This document shows positions 53,001-63,741 of a stretch of DNA of 64,000 nt, piece after piece; position 1 is the first letter of the stretch, and each line of letters starts with the position of its first letter. The DNA lies in contig NW_025766558.1 in NCBI RefSeq assembly GCF_003918875.1, positions 3,596,001 to 3,660,000 on the forward strand. The letters run 5' to 3'. A model generated the notes under the pieces. It was not told the DNA's origin and made no database searches. It was given only the letters and a program-made list of their open reading frames with translations. A program made the position numbers and the translations under genes. Origin of the DNA: Haliotis rubra. Lineage: Eukaryota.

Positions 53001-56000
53001 ACTTAAATACGTTTAGTACATTTCCTTATTTTGGGCCTATGCGTTTCTTTTTTTGAAGAGTCTTCATGACTTATGTTTGGCACATATTGGATAAGGAAAA
53101 AGATTTATCGATATATTGTGTATCGATCCACGTATTTATACTAAATACATTGATAAATGTCTCAGGAAAAATATGACAAAACGGAAAACTTCACAAATGT
53201 TTAAAAACTATTTGAGGTACAAACGAGAAATCTATCAATTTCATTAAGTTTGTTCAACAATGACAAGCTAAAGGTGACACACTTCTGAACGGAAAGATCA
53301 TGGGTTATTGATATAGTGACCAATCACCTTTGGCAGGCACCGGATAAGAATGTTATTACTAAAACATTATGAGATATTATGATGAAGTCTATCGACTCAA
53401 TTGTCGTGTCATAGATTAGAAACTAGTAAATTGAATCTTGTCAGTATCACAATATTGACACTGCATATTGCAGTGAAGAACCTATATCTACATTTGTCTT
53501 TCATCACATTAGTACACGAATACTACAAGTACTGTAAGTCCCCATGGTCTCTAGTATGGTGATATACCTTCAGTTATTGACGATCTATAGCCCGTGTTTC
53601 ATATTGTATCGTCTTCTTCAATTAAAATGTTTTTACATGCCAGTTTTATATTCAAATCTGTGACACTCTAGTATTTTTACTGTCCATCATCGACAGGTTT
53701 TATTCTTCAAAATGTTTTCATCTTTTATTGTATAAGTTGTTTTCTTCACGATATGGCTGAGACATTGCCGATATGACGTTATATATTAACTCACTCACTC
53801 AATAGCGTGATGATCTACCTTCAATTGTTGGCGATCTGCAGCTCATTTTTATACTGAGTTGTCCTAATTTGAAATCCAATTTTAGAGAGAGATGCTATTT
53901 TTAATTCTTGAATCTGTGATATCCTAGTTGGTTTTACTGTCCTTCGATGACAGTTTTTACTATTTAATTGCGTTAGTACTATAGGGAATGATAGTCCGAT
54001 GACGCGTAGGTTGACCATGCCTAGGAGCCTCCACAAACGCCAACAAGTAGAGTTTTGTGCAAAAGAAAGACAAAAAGTTTCCCGACAAATTCCGCTGGTG
54101 GAAGTGCACTCCAATTAGAGATATGCAAGTGTATGGATATAGAACAATGCCAGGAACCAAGCTATTGCGCGAAGACTATGCCGAGATCTGATCTGGCCAT
54201 TTGTCCCTTCGGAAAGCGAAGAGGAAAAACCACATCACAGGCCAGATACAGGAAAATCCGAGGTAGTATATAGACCCCGAGCCACAAATGGAGACAACTT
54301 CCAACATGGCAGAAGTCTTCGAGACCCTGCTAGAGAAGTATCCCCATGTCTTGCTTTCCGACAGATAGAAATAAGTCCTGGAGCGATCAGGACACCGTCT
54401 ACGAGCGATACCAGATCCCTCGACAGTTTCTTGAACATTATTTGCAGTGCTTTCGCCAGTTCGTAGAGGATGGTAAAATAGTCGATTTTGTCTACATCTA
54501 CCCACCTAACCAATTTCGACTCACAGCGGACAAACTCCGAATCATTCTCGGCATCGACTGTCCGGAACCCAAGGACAGACACCAACGCCTCCTCGACAAA
54601 TTGGTGGACAATGTCCATGCGAGAAAGATTCTTGTACCTTTCGGCAGCTAGCGGTGAAAGCAGACCTACCACAGTCTAACCATATTCGGCATACCTCTTT
54701 GCCCAACTACGGCGAGCCCAAGGATATGGAAGTGGCAGCCCCTCTGTGCAAAGAACAACGAAAAGCTGCAGACGTTCCCGAGGGAATCTATTCGTGTAAA
54801 CAGTTTGCCGTAGCCAAATACGAAGGGAAGAACACATTGTTGCTGCTACTCGATTCGACGTGGACTGGAGAAACTATTCCGGTCTAAGGCTACAAGATAC
54901 GAGAAACGGTTCGAGACGCAGGCGGAATAGAATGCCTACGGTTGGTGGGTGGACCTTTTCTGTTTAGACTCGGCAAAATCTGTCGCTCGCCCATATCGAA
55001 AAAGAAAGACGATCGAGAAGTCGAGTTGCTGTTCCCAGAGACCGATCGGGTATATCTTTTATCTAGTCCAAAAAACCCCCAATAAAACAAAACCATACAA
55101 ACATCCACGCAAACATACATACGAAACAGATACTTTTTTTCGACTCTTATTTCCTCTTCGCTTCCCGAAGGGACAAATGACCAGATCGGATCTTGGCATA
55201 GGCTTCTATGGCGCGATAGCTTGGTTTCTGACATTGTTCTATATCCATACACCTGCATATCTAATTGGAGTGCACTTCCACTAGCGGAATTTGTCGGGAT
55301 TGTCTTTCGGACTAGATTTGCTCAAAACTCATCGGACTATCGTTTCCCTATAATACTGCGTTTATTGTGAATTAATAACTTTTAAAGTCATGATATGGCT
55401 GAATTATTGCCAATGTGACTATACATATTAACTCACTCACTTACACAGTTAACTGCATATACATGTATACCCACAAATTGTATATCTGCCGCTTGCCCGG
55501 AATCCTGTCCTGCCTCTACCAGAGCCTCTGGAGTAGCCAAAGACGCTAACCAGAGCTTGTGTGTTGTAAGCAAGAGATAGCTCCACTGGGGGTAGTCGCC
55601 AGACAACAGCCACGGGTATGCGGATGAGTTCTATCGGCCCAGTCTCCCACACAGGGGTTGTATAGTTCACGCCCATCTCCTGGCTAAACTCTACTTCAAT
55701 ATCAGCCCGTAGTTGGGATTCACCTTCGAGCTGAAGGCCAAGAAGTAAATAGGTGAATGTGTATCTCTTATTTAAGTAGCTAATGGTATTACAGTCACAA
55801 TATATCAGAAATGTCATTCATATAGTTTATGGATGATATTACAGAGAAAGATTTGCTAAACATGCTAACATGAATAACGCAACACCCTTAAGAAATAACG
55901 TATTGAAAAATATTGTATATCGAGATTGATGTAATACTGCATGTAACATCTAATTGTGTAAGTTACTGTATATTTTGTTTAATCTGTATGTGAGCCTGAT

Positions 56001-59000
56001 GCCTAAAATACAATGAACTTCTTCTTCTAAGAATGCTAACATACTTATGTGTTAATTATATCAATACTCCTTCTCACCTGTGATATGTATTTCACCAGTT
56101 TCGGCTTGTTGTTTACCTTCTTTATGAGTAGTTCACTGTAATAATAAAGTATAACGATCTTGGTGATAACTTCTTTATCCTAATAAGCAGTTTCACGGAC
56201 TGCTAGGGGGATCTCTGACAGCGAGTTGAGTCCACCAGCTTCAACGATGCACCGACCGTTGATTTGAATACCAAATTCGTCACGATTGGAATCCGTGGCC
56301 ATCAGATGAGCACATGTGCTTGCTGTATTCACCAATATTGAAACATTCACAGCATGATATCAATATATGTATAAGACCTTCGTCTGATATCCAACCTGGA
56401 CCAAAATATCATGAGCAGCCTCGGCCTCCAACCGAATGGGATCACAGCTATAAAATCATTATGGATATTGTCTGTGTATATGGCAAAAAATGAAACGAGG
56501 GGGCAGTTGAATATTTTTCATCTTTAAGAGTGGGCTATGTCAACGAATAGTGTTCTCATTAATATAAAGCACAAAGCGCAAAGGAGAAATCACAAACGGA
56601 ATAAACCCATTCAGTTCCTTCCGTCCGTCATTCAGACTGGTTGCCCAACATTAAAGGTTTGCAGCTGTTCACACTTGTAAGGCCTCAAATAACAAGAACT
56701 TTAATGTAACCATCACTACATAACACGTTTGATCTTAGGATCCAATTCTGCTCCATACCATGCTACTGCAACCAAATTAATGTTCGCCTCACTCAAAAAG
56801 GTTGTCAGGTCAACACTCGATTACTTATGTAGTCGTTGTATTTTTTAGTTTGACCTTAAAAAAACAAATGAAACGGGCTGCTCTCTTGCTGGTTTGAACT
56901 CATGGGTATGTCATATATCAACACTAATACAATATACATCAACATACTCACAACACATATGACATGTCTGTTCCTCCATGACAATCCATGCACCTCACAA
57001 TGAAGTCATCCTTCAGCATAAGAAGGTCTTCTTGCGACGGAGAAAATGTCACATTTGCCTGTCTCGCACCTGAGGTCTTGTGGACTGCAAAGTATTTGTC
57101 TGGGGCACTGCTTTGATTATGATGTTCATTGAAGGGTATTCTGGTTGAGAAATTGGCGTGCCAGTCGAGATTCCCGAGTATTTTGGTGAGGATGTTCGAC
57201 AGATAACGGCGATGACGCTGCTTGGTTTCAACGGGCAGATCCGATCGTCCAGGGCTGTAGCGGAAGTGAATGTTGGCCTCCTCTATCATGTCATAAGGCC
57301 TTGAAATGACAAAAATACCCATTAGGTTTAGTAATGATTAGTTATGCTAAAAGAACAATGTTGAACAAAGTGTGTATGTTAAGAGTGTGTGTGTGTGTGT
57401 GTGGATTAATCTGGTGCTGAGAAATATATGGTTCGGTTACACATATGGACATTGTCACACTACTGGCGGGTGTCTTTACACGTTGGACAGCGTGAAATTG
57501 GAGTTGCCTACGTGGTGGGTTCGAACTCAACAACATACCCCTGCCTATGTTTTGGAAAACTACAAAACTGCAAAGTAAGGTTTAACCCAACTCGGACATC
57601 TGCTTACACACGCTCGCATGTATTCATGATGTCGGCAATCCTATAACATTCCCTCTGGCTATAAAACATATAACGTATTCCACTTTCTCCTATTGGTATT
57701 GATGTAAATCAAGAAGCTGTTGGACAGTTAAGCGATTAAATCAGTCAAGAGCGCATAGTCCGAAATCAAATAGTGCTCCAATATGTGCACTTAAATCATT
57801 TCGTCTAAATGGATAGCGCTATAAGGTGCTGATGCAGGCGTTACTATCAACTGATACAATACGAAACATCAACGTCAAAGAAAAACACGAGAATGTTTTA
57901 CAAACTCTTAAAGAAATGAAAAATGGGTCAATAGACATAATGACATTTCACTTTTTTGGTCCTGTATATATTTACTCAAATGATTTCGTTTTCGTGAGAG
58001 AAAAAAGAAACATTACATTAAGCAATGACATACATCACCAAGTACAAAATAATAGGGTGTCGCTACGGTTTCACAGTTTGCTGACACCTGAAATGGGCTT
58101 CACTTCACACATTGTAACCATGTGGGGAATTGAATCCTTGTCTTCAGCGTGACGAGCGGACCATTAGGCTAACCACCGCCGAACCCCACCCCCACCCTCC
58201 TTATGTAAAGAGTGGCGTGGGATAAGCTGATAAGCTGAGCTGTCGAGCTGGAATCAGGACACGATAACAAGTGCGCTGCAGTCATGACATTCCGGATGTG
58301 TACGTTTGCTGGTGCAACCGGATCGGATCGTATTACGTATTTTGCTTATCACCCACTCCAATCAGGGCCGATCAGAGCAACATATGTAACATATTCATAA
58401 CATTTGCTCCAAACTAAATTTTAATTAAGTGAACTAAGCCAACGACAAGTATTATCAAGTATGCACTATGGCAAACTTTCACGTAAACACTTGTGTCATT
58501 CCCAATCGACACGACGATCAGTACTTGGTCTACAGGGGCTGTAAGTTCAGTATCAAGAGTGAGTGAGTTAATATTTAACGTCACATCGGCAATATTTCGG
58601 CCATATCGTGACGAGAAAATGTTTGATATTGAAATGGAATATGTGTATTCTATATAACCCTGTCGTCAAAGGACAGTAAAACCACTAGAATATCACAATT
58701 ACAATTAAATCTAGTGTGGAAAGTTAAAACTAATAGCACTATTTGGACAATACAATATAAAAAAACAGGCTACAGATTGTCAACAACTGAAGGTAGATCA
58801 CAACACTAGGGACTCGGTATCAAGACCAGACGAAGGACTGTTTTTTCCAACCCGACATTAAGGCCATTGGCTTTTTAAAGAAGGAACAAGGCTGGGTGGA
58901 GGCATGTGTTCTTCTGATAAGAAACGGTGCCAAACCTCCACGTAGGAAGAGAAGATGAGTTGCACGTAACCATGCCTTGGAAATGTACAAGAGACTCATT

Positions 59001-60561
59001 ATCACATTTAACTGGTAATTAAGTGTGAATGGTGTGATGTGAAATATTGATGTATAATATGTAACATGATGTTGATGTTGTATTAAGTTGTATAAATGGA
59101 TATGTATATATATAATCAATAAATACAGACAAACATTGAATCAAACGTAGTAGCATTTTATCCCATTTGGCCCCGGATACTATTTCACAGGGAGCCAAAT
59201 AAGGGATTAAAGAGGATTATCATATCCCAGTGATTTCTTCTATTGAAACAATAGGAGTTGGGTAAGTGGGAAGACCCCGTCCTTGCAGCAAGTCTACAGG
59301 AACAAAGCACGAGGCTACGGGGCCAGGCTGTGATACCATCATGTTGATCGGTTTATTCCCTGGAAGACCAGGGACGTTTAAAACAACAAACCGGTGGAGC
59401 ATGCAAGGATTTTCAAGTCGACTGCCTCCAGAGAAAAATAGAGTTTTTGTTCTCATTTACGACTGGCAAGATGATACGTTTATTTGCAGTTTATAATATT
59501 TTTATCACATCATCACACAAACATGTGTATTTTATACACTTGTTCGTTCATTTATAATAAATTAATCGATCACAGTAAAGAAATTTACAAGCACTTTTCA
59601 CACATAACATTAAATTTTGAACAATTTCCATACATTACATACATTTATTTTAAAACAGATATATTTCATATATTTGTTTTCAGCACTTTTCATGCATTTC
59701 AATTCATCAATTACATTTCATACATTTCTTAAACATGTAACCTTGATGCACTAATATTCTTTCTCCACGGCGGGACGGAAAGAACTTATGGTTCATGGTT
59801 TAGTAAATGTATCATTCCTTAAAAAAGTTCACTACTTTCCAAAGTAAATTCAATAATTGGTGAACATGTTTTTTTTAACTAAAGTTGTGAGCTCAAACTC
59901 AATGTATTCAGTAAGTGGTATGCTTAATTCACTGACATTTTGAGACGACCCCATACTGTCAAAACAATGGTTATTGGCGTTAATTACTTCAAAGGACACC
60001 GGCAAGTCGGCCTGGTGCACCTCTCTGCATGCCCACTTGTCTAAAGACCTCGCAGGACGCCCCATAAGCACATGGGTAAATAAATATAGTAATCCAACGG
60101 ACCATTATTTACACCCCATAAAATACATGAAAATACAGTTTTCATAAGTAACATGTGTTACATTTGAAATTACTTTTTTTTAGTAAAGTACAAATTCTAA
60201 TTCTTTTGTTGGGTTGAGTCCCATCCGGGATTCGAACCAACACCCTCAGAGTCAGGGCAGCTAATCGCCAACACACAAAGTCAGCCGCCTAACTCGCTTA
60301 GCCACCGCGGCTTCTACAAAAAGGTTAACATATGTTACATTTGACCACTTTCTAAATAGCATTGTGTATTCATAGCTTCCGGCTTCGGGAGCCGTGTCAA
60401 TTTACACTATCAGAGGGGTACACCAAGTTCGTAGTCTAGACTACCAGCTGTCCGACTTCCATATTTGTGAAAGCCGAGGTGGATGAGGGTTCGATACCCC
60501 TCTATTGAAAATGACTATAGACCATGTTGAAGTTAATATTATGCATTGGCGGATTCAAGTG

Positions 60562-60592
<31 letters not shown>

Positions 60593-63500
60593 AAGGGGTT
60601 CGAAGCCCCCTTTTGAAAATGATTAAGGCCCATATTGAAGTTAATGTTATGCATTTGCGGATCGGGGGTGGGGTGGGTGGGTGGGTGGTTGGTTGTGGGA
60701 TTCAGGGGGTTCGAAACCCCCTTTGAAAATTCCTGGATCCGCCTATGGACGTGGATTAATTTCAGCCGTCTCTCATTCCCACGGTGGTATGTTTTCTAAA
60801 TAAAATTATCTGGGAGCAAATGCAGACTGACAAAAAGTTGGGATGTTTAGATAAACATGTCGAAACTGTTCATAAGAAGTAAAACATGTGTTGACGACAA
60901 ACAGTCTTTGCAAGAACGTTCATGTTGAGAAAAACAGAAAACCAAAGCACATCGCATGGTTTTCCCCACGCAGTAGCGTCACAAACGTTCACTGATCTTG
61001 TGGGATTAATGTTCCGCGCCAACTATCTGCGAATCCCAGCTGCAAGATGGTCAGTCCCTGCTCTCTCGACCGTGACGGACCCGGACACCCGGCTACCGTC
61101 CACCTTGGTAGGATTTCTTCAGCCAAAACAATGGGCATTAAGAAGGGTGGATGCCATCATATGCCGTTATTTGAAAATATTCCCTGTAGTTGTTGTCCAA
61201 TTGTAATAAAGTATAACAGCAGTGTAGACTTTTACGGGTTTTCTAATACGTGGTTGGTATAATGACTGATCAAATTTGATCCTTGGGGATTTATTACCTC
61301 GATATTTAATCGTATCCTGTAAAAATGTGATGTTTGTTACGTATGGTATTAAAAAACACATAATTTGAATCCTTACACAAAACAACCCCATTTTGCCATT
61401 GCAAATACAATTCTGAAAATAACTAAGATAAATAAGTATATACAGATTTTAAGTTCCGTTCGTATCATCAAAACAGTGTGGACACCTACGTTTATTGGGC
61501 AGTTCGAATTGCATGCAATACAGCGATTACTACTCCCTTGCTGTAACCCGTGTTTGGTGGTATAAACTTACACCTGTTTATTTGTCATCATTCACTTGAT
61601 GGTCAGTTAATGAATCTACAGGTACAAATGTAACAGTGCGACATTGATCTTGAACAATTCCACGTCTACTCGTTGTTTTTACCCCGCGACTACAAGGATG
61701 ATATCCAATAATTCCTGACTGGGTTGCGATCTCTGCAGTGCCACCCGCAAGCGCATTTGGTAGTATAAGTGCGTATTCTTACATTGATCAACAAAGATGA
61801 AGTACAGTTTCGTACTGAATTAATTGGAAAATGTTACCTTTTTTAACATTAATATTTCTATCTTCATTATCATTATAATAAATGTTTAATTTCATCTGCC
61901 AGTGGTAAAAAATGTTAGAATTGAAATTGTCGGTTATCCTGTGAAGGTTAATACTTTGTTTTTACACAGGCAGATCAAGAAAGCGTATGCCATGGTTAAC
62001 CGAAATAAATTACTTTATCTTCTTTTAAGAAATTGTATCCTGCTTGTTTGCCAATCCGGTTCCACTATTGGAAATATATATGTTTAAAGCAAATTCTATC
62101 CATTGCTTTGATTGTTCCACTGGTGTTAGACAAGGATGTCCACATAGTCCTTTGTTCTCCATATTTATGAAAGTGTGGAACATTAATTAATTCATTAATT
62201 AGGGGTGACAGCATGGCCCAAGAAATTAGTGTGCTATTTTTATCTGCTTTTTTGGAGGTCTGGGTTTTGGGGGGTCTGCGTTATGGGAGTGAACCTTTGC
62301 AAAAAAATGTGGGTGTATTCAATATACGTTAGTAAACATATACATACATAAACACTACCTTTTGACAAAACCGCATGATAAAAGTAATTTAACAATCAAC
62401 TCGTTATAGGTTAATCCTTTGATCGATGTATATTTCTTTAACTCAGCTGAAAATTCCTCTTGCTGCATTTCCACGCGCATATTACCAGGGATAATCTACA
62501 GATATTACAACTTTCCATAAATATTCCTGTCTGACTGACTGACTGACTGAGTTTGGTTTTACGCCGCTTTTAGCAATATTCAAGCAATATCACGGCGGGG
62601 GACACCAGAAATTGGCTTTACTCATTGTACCCATGTGGGGATTCGAACCCAGGTCTTCGGCGTGACGAGCCAACGCTTTAACCACTAGACTACCCCACCG
62701 CCCCTCCTGTCTGAAGACCATAGATAAAACTCATCAATATCACGATAGTGTGTACACTCACCCAGCAGGGACAACGTGTATGGAAATACGATATTCAGTA
62801 GGAAAGTAGATGCTGGAGATCTTAGCATAGATTCCATCTCCACCAGATCCCTGTGACGCATTACACCTCCATGTTGTGCTCCCCAGGATGAGCTGACCCA
62901 CTCTCCAGTCCCTGCCCACATCATTCTGGGTGGTCACCATCAGGATCTTGTCATCCACACACACGAGGCGCTGGAAAATATATGTCCTCTCGTGATCGCT
63001 TTTGTTACCATTTAATGACAATGAAAAGGATGAAATGTCGAGTTTCTGCCAATGTTTACTGCTTTAATTCAAAATCAACAAATTAAATGAATCCTGATAA
63101 ATATTTAATCCTTGTAGGGTGGCCATTATCGTTTCCCCAAATAACAGCATATTATCAGGGATATATACTATATCACAAAAAAAATAACAGCAATGTCAGG
63201 CTTGAAAAGAAAATATTCCTAACGTATGAGAAAATCACTATGCAATATGGAATTGAAATGTCAGTATTGTCTCGGTACCCATTGGCCTCAAGACATGCCA
63301 GCCAACGTCAGATTTCGTCATACGTGTCTATGTACCCGTGAACATCCGGGTTAGAATTGTTTTGTCAGCAACCCATGCTTGTAAAAGGCGACTATACAGA
63401 TCGGGTGGTCATGGAATTTTCACCTTTTTACAATTGAAATTATATGAAATAATAGCTCTTAAAGTAACGGAATACATTCTTCTAAAATGCCTTATGCGTT

Positions 63501-63741
63501 TCTATTTTTGAAGAGTGTATATAAACAAAGTCACTTGAAACCGTTCATAACCACATACCTTTAGTCCATCAATGACATCAAGATCAACAACATCACTGAG
63601 GACACCAGAACTGTGAAGTTTGAACCGTTCCCCGTTGTCGTCAGTTGTGAAGTCCACGTTGTGGTGGAAGGAGTTGTCGGTAGAATGACTGTCGTGTGGG
63701 AACAGCCCCGATATAACAAAGAAGAAAACCAGACGCAACAT
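38740..63741 (-). CDS. Multi-exon gene for a secreted protein of about 1500 aa with two Hedgehog-N (Hedge)-like domains and a peptidase M15-like domain; disrupted as assembled
   Basis: Exons (5' to 3'): 63741-63559, 62970-62762, 57299-56952, 56447-56078, 55730-55475, 51124-50911, 50592-50519, 50220-50086, 49924-49748, 49545-49355, 49057-48935, 48433-48254, 47942-47798, 47693-47482, 43011-42948, 42478-41719, [unresolved], 41023-40797, 40419-40222, 39731-39541, 39015-38740. All are GT-AG. Phases match once two 1-nt deletions are allowed, except at the 41719/41023 junction. Confidence 0.85.
41719..42250 (-). CDS. Peptidase M15 (Zn-DD-carboxypeptidase)-like domain, rest of exon 16
   Basis: LSEYYTIQDMSC..LRVDSSLLMCLDLI...VEIVK-GSGYRTQSVN..RFQTGQAVEL..LAK..GLGVGC..LYVDIRP follows the M15 pattern (SGYR..N, HxxGxAxD, GxG, HVDxR). 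Needs +1 nt at about 42061. Confidence 0.75.
42350..47942 (-). CDS. Hedge-like domain 2 (exons 13-15 and start of exon 16)
   Basis: LNVGDTIP..EACGPPQGALSRLNS, DVVFRPE, STRLMTPRMALKLRQLAKL, VNVERAF..PLHYREGRGLCLT, LNRLAVLAACSGFDFM..IEVFVKSQ. Confidence 0.88.
43265..47060 (+). mobile_element. L1/Tx1-clade LINE ORF2 (EN+RT), decayed, intronic and antisense to the host gene
   Basis: YCLQDVHF, GNLYGPN, DYFL, TDHS, GFWKFNNSL, IDFEKAFD, GCRQGDALSP, QFADDTT, GGLNAP, IWYNQNI, FQYKLLH. Confidence 0.93.
46172..46884. mobile_element. Insertion with a 119-bp-arm foldback, Crypton-like non-autonomous element
   Basis: Arms 46621-46739 and 46766-46884. The upstream ORF ends GANLNNCTINV. It replaces the zinc-finger region of the LINE. 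Confidence 0.5.
48254..49924 (-). CDS. Hedge-like domain 1 (exons 9-12)
   Basis: VCGEMTDRVVRGSSLFNK, DIVFAAEE, ASRCMTPRLARAITKLSQLVKTEW, LIVLAAWDE...[31 protein letters not shown]...IHVAMKK. Colinear with Shh [79 protein letters not shown]. Confidence 0.92.
50086..51124 (-). CDS. Hedge-domain gene exons 6-8 (51124-50911, 50592-50519, 50220-50086)
   Basis: GTFASTFKIYIDTTQP..(1-nt frameshift)..VPDTFNVTVDVFQK | IFFNASVSWKVKDITINLYPPMEI | VRPSMKMESVISGLEVC...FGCNV. Phases 1-0-2-2. Confidence 0.7.
51222..53061 (+). mobile_element. Near full-length decayed Tc1 element with a nested LINE 3' UTR (about 52123-52507)
   Basis: TIRs tactctctaaataaagaaacgcatagg and cctatgcgtttctttttttgaagagt. Motifs DRPRSGRPRVTTPAQDRFI, SDESRF, WPFKSSDLNP. 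Confidence 0.88.
53975..55357 (+). mobile_element. 1383-bp element with about 200-250-bp imperfect TIRs, AGTA..TACT ends and 5(6)-bp TSD; miniature Polinton/Maverick-like
   Basis: TSD gcgtt at 53970-53974 and 55358-55362. TIR core cccgacaaattccgctggtggaagtgcactccaattag...gtcccttcggaaagcgaagagg is mirrored at about 55150-55300. Decayed internal ORF about 54288-55083. An empty-site equivalent is visible at about 37141-37160. Confidence 0.75.
55475..55730 (-). CDS. Hedge-domain gene exon 5
   Basis: ccttcag|LEGESQLRADIEVEF...GFRASGRYTI|gtgggt, phase 0 to 1. Confidence 0.8.
56078..56447 (-). CDS. Hedge-domain gene exon 4 (two in-frame stops)
   Basis: CDPIRLEAEAAHDILVQVGYQTKVLYIY*YHAVN...ETAY*DKEV...VKYISQ|gtgaga. 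Phase 2 to 0 fits both neighbours. Confidence 0.55.
56952..57299 (-). CDS. Hedge-domain gene exon 3 (contains RHRR)
   Basis: tttcaag|PYDMIEEANIHF...CMDCHGGTDMSYV|gtgagt, phase 2 to 2. Confidence 0.8.
58558..58820 (-). mobile_element. I/Nimb LINE 3' end
   Basis: Reverse complement of the 3719-3887-type tail and UTR. Confidence 0.8.
60205..60316 (-). mobile_element. tRNA-like SINE head or pseudo-tRNA
   Basis: A box ggtggctaagcgagtta and B box ggttcgaatccc with an over-long spacer and no clean acceptor stem. Confidence 0.5.
60475..60747. repeat. Three units (about 115 bp) of a gcggatc..ggatccgcc MITE-end-derived tandem repeat
   Basis: ggggttcga.accccc..ttgaaaat recurs at about 60487, 60595 and 60706. 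Ends cctggatccgcctatg. Confidence 0.65.
62535..62704 (-). mobile_element. Short tRNA-derived SINE
   Basis: ggcggtggggtagtctagtggttaaagcg..ggttcgaatccc head and gatattgcttgaatattgctaaaagcggcgtaaaaccaaac(tcag)n tail. Confidence 0.85.
62762..62970 (-). CDS. Hedge-domain gene exon 2
   Basis: ttttccag|RLVCVDDKIL...IHVVPA(G)|gtgagt, phase 0 to 2. Confidence 0.8.
63559..63741 (-). CDS. Hedge-domain gene exon 1 (signal peptide)
   Basis: MLRLVFFFVISGLFPHDSHS...DLDVIDGLK|gtatgt, phase 0. Confidence 0.75.

Noticed and set aside
56360-56362. In-frame TGA as selenocysteine
   Set aside because: The same gene also has TAG and TAA stops, and I could not identify a SECIS.
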